From: Leptospirales bacterium
GTDB lineage: Bacteria; Spirochaetota; Leptospiria; Turneriellales; JAOUFE01
Direction of reading: 5' to 3'
Assembly (NCBI GenBank): GCA_040326155.1
Contig: JBEQLE010000034.1
Coordinates: 1-43,134, forward strand
Length of the DNA stretch: 43,134 nt
Shown here: positions 27,360 to 37,048 of the stretch, one piece after another
Position numbering within the stretch: the stretch's first letter is position 1
Layout of the letters: every line of letters starts with the position of its first letter
Notes under the pieces: model-generated
Seen by the model: the letters and a program-made list of their open reading frames with translations, nothing else
What the model was told of the DNA's origin: nothing
The model's database searches: none
Translations under genes and position numbers: made by a program

Positions 27360-27466
27360 GAGGGTGGGCAGTAAAAAATATACAGATACCGAAAGAGATC
27401 GATACCTGTATGGAAAGGAAGAGAAGTTGGATGTTAACGGCTCGTCATAAACTTTTTATAGGCTTT

Positions 27467-28444
27467 TTATAAGTTTACACGGCGAGGGTAGATATAACCG
27501 GGATTGACAATTTCATGTATAATTGCCTCGTCATTTAGAGTAACGCCATTTAGAACTTCATCTTTAAAAGTGCTGAACCCCGCTCGGTCGATAATATACC
27601 CGACATGTTCCTTGGGCAGGGAGCGATCAATATGTTTATCGATAAACGGATATATATTTTTACAGATGCTTAAAACGACTTCTTCGCTTGCATTCTCAAT
27701 AAAAGTATTTGCCAGGCGCGGATTCCTTTTTCCGGTTCGCCCGCCAACAATAATTCTGTAAAGAGTTTTACCGCGAGAAAAAGCTCCTGTCGGACATTTT
27801 AAAATGCATTCGCCGCACTGTATGCAGTAATCTTCATCGCGATCTATTTCGTAGTTTTTTATACTTAATGCATTTGTAATTTTTTTACTGCAATTTTTAA
27901 CGCACGCCTCGCAAGCGATGCAATTGGTTGCGTCATACTCGGGTGCCACATTTCCGACAATACCGATATCCTGCATATGCGCTTTAATGCAATCATTCGG
28001 GCAGCCTGTAATGGCAATTTTCACATGGTAGTTGTTCGGGTAAATTACCCCTTCTATTTTTCGAGCCAATTCGGCAGTATCTATATTCGAAAAGGAACAG
28101 ACTCGATCTCCAATGCACGCCGAAACATTACGAGTACCTGCCGAGGGGTAACCTCCAGCCGGGTCGTCGAGCTCAACATTGCAATCGGCCTCAATTTCGG
28201 AAATCATAGTCGACATATAACGGTTGATTTCTTCCATTTGGGCCAATTTTACTCCCGGAATTTCATACCCCTGGCGAATGGTTAAGTGGACTGTTCCGTT
28301 CCCGAATTTTTCTGCTAGTTCTTGAATTACAGTTAAATATTTTGCCTTCAAGTGACCGCCGGGAACTCTTAACCGAATGGCCGACTCATTGCGTACTTTT
28401 GATATGCGGAATGCATTTTTCATTACCTTCGCTGTATGATACAT
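27467..28444 (-). CDS. asrC: Anaerobic sulfite/nitrite reductase subunit C (siroheme, Fe-S)
   Basis: NAFRISKVR, RVPGG, GTRNVSACIG..C, KIAITGCPNDCIK, two 4Fe-4S motifs. Confidence 0.9.
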   Translation of the reverse strand: MYHTAKVMKNAFRISKVRNESAIRLRVPGGHLKAKYLTVIQELAEKFGNGTVHLTIRQGYEIPGVKLAQMEEINRYMSTMISEIEADCNVELDDPAGGYPSAGTRNVSACIGDRVCSFSNIDTAELARKIEGVIYPNNYHVKIAITGCPNDCIKAHMQDIGIVGNVAPEYDATNCIACEACVKNCSKKITNALSIKNYEIDRDEDYCIQCGECILKCPTGAFSRGKTLYRIIVGGRTGKRNPRLANTFIENASEEVVLSICKNIYPFIDKHIDRSLPKEHVGYIIDRAGFSTFKDEVLNGVTLNDEAIIHEIVNPGYIYPRRVNL

Positions 28445-28474
28445 TTTATTCTCCTGAAATAATTTTATGGAATT

Positions 28475-29257
28475 CTAGTTTAATTCCGGTTCCTCTTCTT
28501 TAAACGTAGCCACCCAGTACATGGCCCCCACGAAAAGTCCGCCGCCCACAATGTTTCCCAGGGTGACGAATAACATATTGTTACCAAACCCGGTCCAGGA
28601 GATTGCTTCTGAATGAGGAAGCAGCATCGAGAGACCAAGCAGGGTCATGTTCGCAACGCTGTGTTCATAACCGCTTGAAATAAAAGCGAACAGACACCAG
28701 AATATCAATATACATTTTGTCGCATCACTTTTTGTTCTGCTGGCTGTCCATAAGGCAAGGCAAACTAGCCAGTTGCATAAAATACCTCTTATAAAAAGTT
28801 CCAGTGCAGGCATGTTCATTTTTGCCGAAGCGACTTTTTCAATAAACCCCTCGGCGTGGACGATGGCGCCCGAGTAGACAACCAAATAGGCAAGCGCTAA
28901 AGAACCAAGCAAGTTACCCAACCAGGAAAATCCCCAGATTTTTACCAAACTTGACCAGGTCGCTTCCTTCTTTAAAACGCCTAAAACAAGAAACATATTG
29001 TTACCGGTGAAAAGCTCAGATCCTGCGAACACGACCAGAGTTAAAGCGATTCCAAACGAAACCCCCATAATCACCTTCAAGAAAACCGATCCGGCCGCCG
29101 CAATTGGAGCTCCGATTGAAAAAATCAAAACGATACCTAAACCCACATAGGCTCCCGCCAACATTGCCGATACGATATACGATATTTTCGACCTGTTCAT
29201 AAAGGCTACTTTCTTCTGCGCCACCTGGGCTAAAATTTTTACGCTGTCTAAATACAT
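28475..29257 (-). CDS. nirC: Formate/nitrite transporter, NirC-like
   Basis: AGAYVGLGIVLIF, FGIALTLVVFAGSELFTG, GILCNWLVCLA, SGYEHSVANMTL. Confidence 0.85.
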   Translation of the reverse strand: MYLDSVKILAQVAQKKVAFMNRSKISYIVSAMLAGAYVGLGIVLIFSIGAPIAAAGSVFLKVIMGVSFGIALTLVVFAGSELFTGNNMFLVLGVLKKEATWSSLVKIWGFSWLGNLLGSLALAYLVVYSGAIVHAEGFIEKVASAKMNMPALELFIRGILCNWLVCLALWTASRTKSDATKCILIFWCLFAFISSGYEHSVANMTLLGLSMLLPHSEAISWTGFGNNMLFVTLGNIVGGGLFVGAMYWVATFKEEEPELN

Positions 29258-29399
29258 TTGTTCTCCTTAAAATAATTAATGTTATCTAATTCATTTTTAA
29301 GGGGCAAGTCTGCCCCTTCACTGCAAACCTTCGGTTTTTCGTTAACCCCGACGTTTTTTCTTGACAAGTTTTTCATTTTTAAAGTTTCACTTTTCCAAA

Positions 29400-30212
29400 T
29401 TAGTCAATAAGTGACTTTGCCTCAATGTAATTAAACACGGGTCCGTCGAGACAGACGTATTTATCTCGAATTCTACAGTGGCCGCATTTGCCGATTCCGC
29501 ACTTCATATGGCGTTCAAACGAGAGCCAGATATTTTTTTCTTGAATATTATAAGAAAGCAATTCTCGAACCGTGTTTGTCATCATCACCGGGGGGCCGAC
29601 TACGACGACCCTGGAGTTTCTGCCTAAGTCTTGAATGTCTTTTATGAAATCTACAACGAAACCGACGCCACCCAGCCAGGACTCATCTTCATCTTCGTGC
29701 TTGTCTACCGTAACAATGACGTCACTGTTTTTACCCCACTTTTTTAACTCTTTTGCATAGAGTACATGCTTCGGAGTTCGAAACCCGACAACCAGATCGA
29801 GTTTTTTTAGTTTTGGTTTATTATTCTTTAAAGAGTATTCCAGATAATATTCCACGAGAGATTTTACAGCCGCCATTCCCGAACCGCCAGCGATCAATAA
29901 AAGGTGTTCATTGTCGTATTGGTCTAACGGGAAAAGTTCTCCATACGGACCCCGATAATAGATCGCATCGCCGACTTTCAGTTTAAACAGTTCAGAGGTA
30001 ACGGTGCCAACATTTCTTACGGTAATTTCAATTGCATTTTTGCGAAACCCGCTGATGGTAATCGGAATCTCGCTGACATGCGGAAGGCTGACAAATACAA
30101 ATTGCCCGGGAGTATATTCTATTGTAGTTTCCAGCAAAAAAGACCATTCCACTTGTGTGTGCTTTGTAATGTTCAAAATTTTTGCAGGTTTGCTATTGTA
30201 ACTGTTTTCCAT
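29400..30212 (-). CDS. asrB: Anaerobic sulfite reductase subunit B (FAD/NAD-binding, 2Fe-2S)
   Basis: PGQFVFVS, AGGSG, GPPVMM, ERHMKCGIGKCGHCRI..YVCLDGPVF. Confidence 0.9.
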   Translation of the reverse strand: MENSYNSKPAKILNITKHTQVEWSFLLETTIEYTPGQFVFVSLPHVSEIPITISGFRKNAIEITVRNVGTVTSELFKLKVGDAIYYRGPYGELFPLDQYDNEHLLLIAGGSGMAAVKSLVEYYLEYSLKNNKPKLKKLDLVVGFRTPKHVLYAKELKKWGKNSDVIVTVDKHEDEDESWLGGVGFVVDFIKDIQDLGRNSRVVVVGPPVMMTNTVRELLSYNIQEKNIWLSFERHMKCGIGKCGHCRIRDKYVCLDGPVFNYIEAKSLID

Positions 30213-31270
30213 TATTTCATCTCCTGTGCAGTAACTTCGTTTATTTTATGAATAGACTTTTGCATGCTTATATATTCAGGGCAAACATCGTCGCAACGCC
30301 CGCAGCCGACGCACATCGAAAATCCGTTTCTTTTTTCAAAGTCATGCACTTTATGAAGAACTTTATAGCGCATTCTGTCCCCAACCGATTTGCGAAATTT
30401 GTGGTCTCCCGCAAGACGTGAAAAATCTTCAATTTGACAAGACGACCAGATTCGTTTTCGATTCATTACGCCAGGTTCGTCTTTATCCGGAACACTTTGC
30501 ACCGAAAAACAGGTGCAGGTCGGACAAGAGGTATTACATCTACCGCACGCAATGCACCTCGCCGAGTATTCATCCCATAGAGGGTGTTTGAAAATTTCTG
30601 TGTCGATATTTTTCGGTATGGTAACTTTTGTTTTTTCACTCGGTGAATCTTTTTGGCAAAAACGGGGTTCTACTTCTTCGGTAACATTGTCAGGAAAGTA
30701 TTTTGCAAATTCCTGATCTTGAACTTTTACTGAATATCCATTTTTTTCTTTTTTTAGAAACACCGAATAATCCTGCGTTTGGTTTGTATTCATGGACACG
30801 CAAAAACAGGTTTCAAAGGCTTCGGGACATTCCAGTAAAAATATTCGAATATTTTCCCTGCGTTTTTTATAGTAAGGGTCTTCAAAATTACCATTTTTTA
30901 AAAACATCGTATCGAGAACCTTTAGAGCATGAATATCGCATGATCTTAAAAAAAGAATCGTTATGGGTATCTCTTGTTCGGTTTTCTCTAATGAGTCAGT
31001 TAACGAGCCATTTTTTGATACATACATTGTTTCCCTGGAAACATACATTGTTTCCCTGGTAGGAAAAAGTACGGCTTTTGGTGAAAAATATGTTTTCTCA
31101 TCAAAAACAATCTCAGCTAATGAAGAAACATAGTCATATGTAATAAGGTCAGTACTCGATAAGCGACCGGCACCTGGCTGTTTTACAGGCGCATAAATTT
31201 TATAATCCTTTAAAAGGTTATTAAAAGTAATTTTGGTGTTTTTTTCAGTATAATCTGGCATTGTTCTCAC
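30212..31270 (-). CDS. asrA: Anaerobic sulfite reductase subunit A (Fe-S)
   Basis: FLRSCDIHA, CFCVSM, CIACGRCNTSCPTCTCF, CVGCGRCDDVCP; start GTG 31270 or ATG 31261. Confidence 0.9.
   Translation of the reverse strand: MRTMPDYTEKNTKITFNNLLKDYKIYAPVKQPGAGRLSSTDLITYDYVSSLAEIVFDEKTYFSPKAVLFPTRETMYVSRETMYVSKNGSLTDSLEKTEQEIPITILFLRSCDIHALKVLDTMFLKNGNFEDPYYKKRRENIRIFLLECPEAFETCFCVSMNTNQTQDYSVFLKKEKNGYSVKVQDQEFAKYFPDNVTEEVEPRFCQKDSPSEKTKVTIPKNIDTEIFKHPLWDEYSARCIACGRCNTSCPTCTCFSVQSVPDKDEPGVMNRKRIWSSCQIEDFSRLAGDHKFRKSVGDRMRYKVLHKVHDFEKRNGFSMCVGCGRCDDVCPEYISMQKSIHKINEVTAQEMK
31017..31059. repeat. 21-bp in-frame duplication inside asrA
   Basis: ACATACATTGTTTCCCTGG at 31020 and 31041; protein reads RETMYVSRETMYVS. 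Confidence 0.9.
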
Positions 31271-31324
31271 TTCTTTTCATTTTTATTTACATCGTTCGTA
31301 CTCATGTTTCAATACTAACTGTAG

Positions 31325-31340
31325 TGCAAATACTGTGCCA
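31325..31340 (-). promoter_or_regulatory. sigma54 (-24/-12) promoter of the asr/nirC operon
   Basis: Minus strand TGGCAC-AGTAT-TTGCA, exact consensus and spacing, about 55 nt upstream of asrA. Confidence 0.8.
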
Positions 31341-31526
31341 TAAAAGTAGCGAAATAATCGTTTGAAAGGTGCTGCAATTGAAATAAATAGTAAGAACATT
31401 GCTTATAATATAACCAATATGAGTGTAAAATACTGTCATTTTATAGATGCCGTTTTATATAATAATAATTATAGGCATACCATAAAAGTGTTTACACTGC
31501 TTGAAAAATAACACTTTTGGCCCATT

Positions 31527-32807
31527 ATGCCATTCGAGAAAGTGACAGTTCCAGAACAGGGAGGTAAAATTACCTTTCATAATGGACAATTGAACGTACC
31601 GAATAACCCTATTATACCATTTATTGAAGGGGACGGGTCAGGAGTTGAAATTTGGGCTGCTACCATACGTGTTTTAGACGCTGCGGTTGATCTTGCCTAT
31701 GAAGGCAAACGAAAAATCAGCTGGATGGAAGTTTTTGCCGGTGATAAAGCGAATATTGTCTATGCTCCGAAAACCTGGCTACCTGAAGAGACTATAAAAA
31801 TTATAAAAGAATATAAAGTGGCTATTAAAGGGCCAATGACAACACCTAAAGACAGTCCCATACGTTCTATAAACCTCGAACTGCGCCTGGCTATGGACTT
31901 ATATGCCTGCCTGCGCACAATTCGATATTTTCCAGGGGTTCCTTCCCCCATAAAACGTCCTCAAAATGTAAATATGACTGTTTTTCGCGAAAACACCGAA
32001 GATATCTATGTTGGAATTGAATTTGAGAAGGGAACCGACATTGCAAACGCTTTTAAAGATTTTTTACAAGAACAGGGCCAGTTGTCAAAAGTTCGTTTTC
32101 CTGAATCTACTTCGTTTGGCATAAAGCCTGTTTCTGAAGAAGGAAGTTCACGTATTATTCGAGCAGCAATTCAATATGCCATTGATAAAAAAAAGCCATC
32201 GGTAACTCTTGTCCATAAAGGCAATATTATGAAATTTACCGAAGGAGCTTTTGCCGGGTGCGGATATGAAATTGCCAGAAAAGAATTTCCTGATGAAACC
32301 ATTTCATATGATGAATGCGGTGGCAACCCCCCGCCAGGAAAAGTTTTAATAAAAGATTGTTTTACCGATGACTTTTTGCAACAGATGATTACTCGCCCGG
32401 CTGAATATAGTGTAATAGCAACCATGAATTTGAGCGGTGACTATATTTCAGACACTCTTGCCGCTTTGGTTGGTGGCATTGGTATTGTTCCTGGAGCCAA
32501 TATAAATTACGAGACCGGAGTAGCGCTTTTTGAAGCTACCCATGGAACTGCTCCAAAATATGCAGGACTCGATAAAGTGAATCCTTCGTCTGCAATATTA
32601 TCCGGGGCATTCATGTTTCAGTATATGGGTTGGCATGAGGCCGCACAAAAAATTGAAAGCGCAATGGAAAAGGCAATTGAAAGTAAAGCGGTTACGTACG
32701 ATTTTGCCCGACTTATAGATGGAGCCCACGAGGTGAAGTGTTCGGAGTTTGGCGATATATTAATAGAGGCTATGCAAAACGAGAAAAACGGCAATACTAA
32801 AGGTTAA
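31527..32807 (+). CDS. icd: Isocitrate dehydrogenase (E. coli-type homodimeric)
   Basis: [53 protein letters not shown]. Confidence 0.95.
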   Translation: MPFEKVTVPEQGGKITFHNGQLNVPNNPIIPFIEGDGSGVEIWAATIRVLDAAVDLAYEGKRKISWMEVFAGDKANIVYAPKTWLPEETIKIIKEYKVAIKGPMTTPKDSPIRSINLELRLAMDLYACLRTIRYFPGVPSPIKRPQNVNMTVFRENTEDIYVGIEFEKGTDIANAFKDFLQEQGQLSKVRFPESTSFGIKPVSEEGSSRIIRAAIQYAIDKKKPSVTLVHKGNIMKFTEGAFAGCGYEIARKEFPDETISYDECGGNPPPGKVLIKDCFTDDFLQQMITRPAEYSVIATMNLSGDYISDTLAALVGGIGIVPGANINYETGVALFEATHGTAPKYAGLDKVNPSSAILSGAFMFQYMGWHEAAQKIESAMEKAIESKAVTYDFARLIDGAHEVKCSEFGDILIEAMQNEKNGNTKG

Positions 32808-32849
32808 TGGATTTATTAAATAAAAGGAATTGAATTTTTTGGGGGTGAA

Positions 32850-33254
32850 TTGGCAATGGAGACTATGAGATTGGATGTAAGACAAACTGAACAAGACTTA
32901 GGCAAAGGCATACACATTTTAGGTGACTTTTATGATGTAAGCGGCGGGGGGCTCGAAATGGTTGATTCCTCTAAACTCGAGAGCTTTTGCGAGTCAAAAG
33001 TAGCTGCAGTCGGTCTAATGCAGGTTGGAAAGCTGTTTTACCAGTTTCCCGGTTCGGGCGTAACCGGAGTCATTCTTCTTGCAGAGTCTCATGTAGCCAT
33101 TCATACCTGGCCCGAAAAAAATTACCTAACGCTGGATATTTACGTATGCAATGTCAGCCAGACCAACACCGAAAAAGCAAAACAACTATATGACTATTTT
33201 TACGAGTTGTTTCAACCGGGCCGGGTCGATCGCCGGGACGTAGATCGCGAATAG
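32850..33254 (+). CDS. speD: S-adenosylmethionine decarboxylase proenzyme (class 1B)
   Basis: GVTGVILLAESHVAIHTWPE..LDIYVC pyruvoyl ESH motif. Confidence 0.88.
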   Translation: MAMETMRLDVRQTEQDLGKGIHILGDFYDVSGGGLEMVDSSKLESFCESKVAAVGLMQVGKLFYQFPGSGVTGVILLAESHVAIHTWPEKNYLTLDIYVCNVSQTNTEKAKQLYDYFYELFQPGRVDRRDVDRE

Positions 33255-33269
33255 TTGATAGCTGGTGTT

Positions 33270-33668
33270 TCACCCATTTATAATCTTCACAAAATAATTC
33301 CGGTTACGTGGTCCGTCAAATTCGCAAAAGTAAATACCTTGCCATGTACCGAGAATGGGTTTCGAATTTTCGATAATCAACTGAACCGATTGGCCGCTCA
33401 TAAGCGTTTTAATGTGGGCATCTGAATTTCCTTCTGCATGGTGAAAGTCATCGTTTTGCGGTATATGTTTTTTAAGCCAGTAAAGAATATCTCGTTTCAC
33501 GTCGGAATCGGCGTTTTCGTTTATCGTGACAGCGCAGGTCGTATGCGGTATATACACAAGGCAAATACCGTTTTGAATACTGCTTTCCCGAATAACATTT
33601 TGAATCTCGCCGGTTATATCCAGAATTTCTTCGCGGCTGGACGTTTTAATTTTCTTTGTTATCAGCAC
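33270..33668 (-). CDS. YjbQ/UPF0047 family protein
   Basis: PHTTCAVTINENAD.DV, HAEGNSDAHIK, LGTWQGIYFCEFDGPR; GTG 33668 is the likely start. Confidence 0.92.
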   Translation of the reverse strand: MLITKKIKTSSREEILDITGEIQNVIRESSIQNGICLVYIPHTTCAVTINENADSDVKRDILYWLKKHIPQNDDFHHAEGNSDAHIKTLMSGQSVQLIIENSKPILGTWQGIYFCEFDGPRNRNYFVKIING

Positions 33669-33687
33669 ATTCCACAGTAAAATCGGC

Positions 33688-36411
33688 CTACGCCGCCGCA
33701 AGAATCTTTCTATGGATAATCGCGGCCTGGGCTGCGGCCAACCGGGCAATGGGCAATCGGTACGGGGAGCAACTGACATAGTTTAACCCGATTTCATTAC
33801 AAAATTTAATAGAGTCGGGGTCACCGCCATGTTCACCGCAAATACCAATATGAATGTTTTTTCTTACTGCTCGTCCTTCTTTAGTAGCCATAATTATCAG
33901 GCGGCCAACCCCTTTCTGGTCGATGGTTTTAAATGGACTGGCTTTAAAAATATGTTGATTAAGGTATTCCGGAAGAAAATCGCCGGCGTCGTCTCTGGAA
34001 ATTCCAAGGGTCGTCTGGGTAAGGTCATTTGTACCAAAACTAAAAAACTCAGCTTCAGTTGCCATTTCCCCCGCAATTAGCGCCGCCCTTGGCAGTTCGA
34101 TCATTGTACCTGTTTTATAAGCGAGTTCTATTTTTTCTTTGGTAAAAACCTTTTTCGCAGTCCTGGCAATAACCTCTTTTTGCAGACGAATTTCATCGGA
34201 AGACAGAGCCAGGGGAATCATAATTTCGGGGTAAACTTTTATTCCCTCTTTACTGACGATACAGGCTGCTTCAAAAATCGCACGAGCCTGGGTCTGGGTT
34301 ATATCGGGATGAACAATTCCCAGGCGGCAGCCGCGAAAACCGAGCATCGGGTTTGCTTCACCGAGTGATTCAATTTTGTGAAGTATTTCTGGTGTGGTAA
34401 TACCGATCTCTCTGGCAAGGGCTTCTATCTCTTCTTTTTTTTCAGGCAAGAATTCATGCAAAGGGGGGTCCAGCAAACGGATAATAATCGGACGTCCTTT
34501 CATGACTCGAAATAACCCGATAAAGTCTTCTCGTTGAAGCGGTAGAAGTTTTTCCAGAGCCTCTTTTCTGATTTTCGAATCGGTGGCTAAAATCATTTCG
34601 CGGACTGTTTTTATTTTATCTTTGCCAAAAAACATGTGTTCGGTTCGGCACAGACCAATACCTTCGGCTCCCAAAGCAAGGGCAATTTTCGCTTGTTCGG
34701 GCAAGTCAGCGTTAGCGCGAACTCCAAGAGTTCTTGTCTCGTCGGACCACTGCATTAAATCTCGAAAATAAGGGTACAAGTCGGACTCTTTCTCATCGAG
34801 TTCCCCATCGATCAATATTCGGTGAATATCCGAAGGCAGGGTTTTAATTTTTCCGGCAAAAACTTCACCTGTGGTCCCGTCTAAAGAAATAAAATCCCCT
34901 TCTTTCAGGGTTATACCACCTTCAACGGTAATTGTACCATCTTCGTAATTCATGTGAAGGCTTTCACAACCGGCCACGCTAATTTTCCCCATTTGCCTGG
35001 CTACGAGCGCAGCGTGAGAGGTCATTCCACCCCTGGCGGTCAAGACGCCTTCAGAAACTTTTAACCCGCCAATGTCATCCGGCGAAGTTTCCATGCGCGC
35101 TAAAATAACATCGGAGCCCTCTTTTTTAAATTGCTCTGCTTTTTCGGCGCTCAAAGCGATAACGCCGGTTGCGGCCCCCGGTCCGGCGTTCAACCCTTTC
35201 GCAATGTTGCGTTTTTCGGCCATAGCTTTTTTCTTTTCAACGGGGTCAAAAACCGGTCGCAATATCTGGTTTAACTGTTCGGCGTCAATTCTCATAAGGG
35301 CGGTTTCTCGATCAATGAACCCTTCGCCAACCATGTCGATGGCAATTTTAATTGCAGCCGCCGCCGTTCGTTTCCCGACTCTTGCCTGAAGCATCCAGAG
35401 CTTTCCATTTTCGATGGTAAACTCAATATCCATCATATCCTTAAAACGTTTTTCGAGCTGGGCTCGGTATTCAATCAACTCTGAATAAATATGCGGCGCA
35501 GCTTTCCCCAATCGAGAAATACGGTGCGGGGTTCGCACTCCGGCAACGACATCCTCACCCTGGGCATTAAAAAGATACTCTCCATAGAAATCATTTTCTC
35601 CGGTGGCGGGGTCGCGCGTAAAGGCGACCCCTGTACCCGAAGTTTCACCGGAGTTTCCAAACACCATTGACTGAACATTCACAGCGGTCCCCCAGTTTTC
35701 AGGAATCGAGTTAATTTGACGGTAAATAATAGCTCTTTCATTCATCCACGATTTGAATACGGCGCGTATGGAACCCCAAAGCTGTTCTTCGGGAGTTTGA
35801 GGAAACTCTTTTCCTGATTTTTTTACAACGTCTATAAACAAAGCGACCAGCTGCTGTAAATCTTCTGCGGTAAACTCCGTATCAAATTGCAGGTTTTTTT
35901 CCTTTTTCTGTTGATCAATAATCTTTTCAAAGGGGCTTACTCCTTTTATGTCACCTTTAATATCGAGTGCAACTTCGGCGTACATCTGTATAAAACGGCG
36001 GTAAGCGTCCCAGGCAAAACGAGCGTTACCAGATGATTCAATTAAGCCGTGAATTGTAATATCGTTTAACCCCAGGTTCAAAACAGTATCCATCATGCCG
36101 GGCATTGACGTTCTAGCCCCGCTTCGAACTGACAAAAGAAGGGGATTTTTTTTGTCGCCAAATTTTTTCCCCATAATCTTTTCAACATAGGCGAGAGACT
36201 CGGACAGTTGCTTTTTCAATCCATCGGGATATTTCCCGTTAAACCGGTTCGTAAAAGTACACACTTCCGTGGTAATTGTAAACCCGGCAGGCACGGGAAA
36301 CCCCATACGAGCCATCTCGGCAAGGTTCGCCCCTTTTCCTCCGAGCAGATTTTTCAATGTAGCGTTGCCTGTAGCTGACTTCGCGCCAAAATTATAAATA
36401 TACTTTTGCAT
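33688..36411 (-). CDS. ppdK: Pyruvate, phosphate dikinase
   Basis: LLGGKGANLAEM, SVRSGARTSMPGMMDT, GGMTSHAA, GIGLCRTEHMF, FSFGTNDLTQ, GICGEHGG; ATG 36411. Confidence 0.97.
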   Translation of the reverse strand: MQKYIYNFGAKSATGNATLKNLLGGKGANLAEMARMGFPVPAGFTITTEVCTFTNRFNGKYPDGLKKQLSESLAYVEKIMGKKFGDKKNPLLLSVRSGARTSMPGMMDTVLNLGLNDITIHGLIESSGNARFAWDAYRRFIQMYAEVALDIKGDIKGVSPFEKIIDQQKKEKNLQFDTEFTAEDLQQLVALFIDVVKKSGKEFPQTPEEQLWGSIRAVFKSWMNERAIIYRQINSIPENWGTAVNVQSMVFGNSGETSGTGVAFTRDPATGENDFYGEYLFNAQGEDVVAGVRTPHRISRLGKAAPHIYSELIEYRAQLEKRFKDMMDIEFTIENGKLWMLQARVGKRTAAAAIKIAIDMVGEGFIDRETALMRIDAEQLNQILRPVFDPVEKKKAMAEKRNIAKGLNAGPGAATGVIALSAEKAEQFKKEGSDVILARMETSPDDIGGLKVSEGVLTARGGMTSHAALVARQMGKISVAGCESLHMNYEDGTITVEGGITLKEGDFISLDGTTGEVFAGKIKTLPSDIHRILIDGELDEKESDLYPYFRDLMQWSDETRTLGVRANADLPEQAKIALALGAEGIGLCRTEHMFFGKDKIKTVREMILATDSKIRKEALEKLLPLQREDFIGLFRVMKGRPIIIRLLDPPLHEFLPEKKEEIEALAREIGITTPEILHKIESLGEANPMLGFRGCRLGIVHPDITQTQARAIFEAACIVSKEGIKVYPEIMIPLALSSDEIRLQKEVIARTAKKVFTKEKIELAYKTGTMIELPRAALIAGEMATEAEFFSFGTNDLTQTTLGISRDDAGDFLPEYLNQHIFKASPFKTIDQKGVGRLIIMATKEGRAVRKNIHIGICGEHGGDPDSIKFCNEIGLNYVSCSPYRLPIARLAAAQAAIIHRKILAAA

Positions 36412-36579
36412 AACTTGCCCCTTATTAATATAATATAACATATACATGATAATGGAAATAAAAAAATGATTAAAAAGTAAGGGGGTGGTTTCGGCCCCTC
36501 CGCGATGTAAACCAGATAAATTATAAAAGCCGCGCAGGCCGCCAAATACAAAAAGAGTGAAAAATCTAGTGCCGTGTCT

Positions 36580-36980
36580 TTTTAATTTGTTCCGCTACCG
36601 CTTCACAAATTCAAGTGGAAACGCCACTTAAGCTGTGACTAGATAGATTATATTAAAATAAGCTAATGTAACATCTATCCAGTCACAGCACCAGTACGAA
36701 AATAGTCTGCTCCGTTGTGGAATTCCCTGATTGTGGAAAACCCCCACGGAAAACCGGAAGGTCCTCGCTCCACTCGGCCGCGTCGGCAAATTTAATATGA
36801 AAAAGTCGGTGGTCCTTCACCCCGTGAGCGGTGTAAAACCGAATAAAGAATATACAACATCAGTTTAGTAGAAACATAGCTTGGGCTTTGCCCGGAACGT
36901 TCTTCCAGAACGTCGAAGCGACGAAAAACTTTAAAAGTAAAGCACGAAAGTCGAAAATACGTGTGGGGTAGTGCAAGCTC
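36580..36980. other. Hairpin-dense non-coding element of unknown type
   Basis: Stems at 36584/36611, 36613/36629, 36632-48/36673-89 (17 bp) and several more; no credible ORF. Confidence 0.5.
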
Positions 36981-36986
36981 TTTATG

Positions 36987-37012
36987 TACGGACACAGCAT
37001 GCTGTGTCCGTA
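36987..37012. repeat. Perfect 26-bp palindrome (REP-like)
   Basis: TACGGACACAGCA|TGCTGTGTCCGTA. Confidence 0.85.
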
Positions 37013-37048
37013 TTAAAAAGCTGAAACGAGGGGAGAGGCTTCTCCCCC

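Noticed and set aside
15144..36411. Co-occurrence of pyk and ppdK
   Set aside because: Common in bacteria and the genes are not linked; ordinary metabolism.
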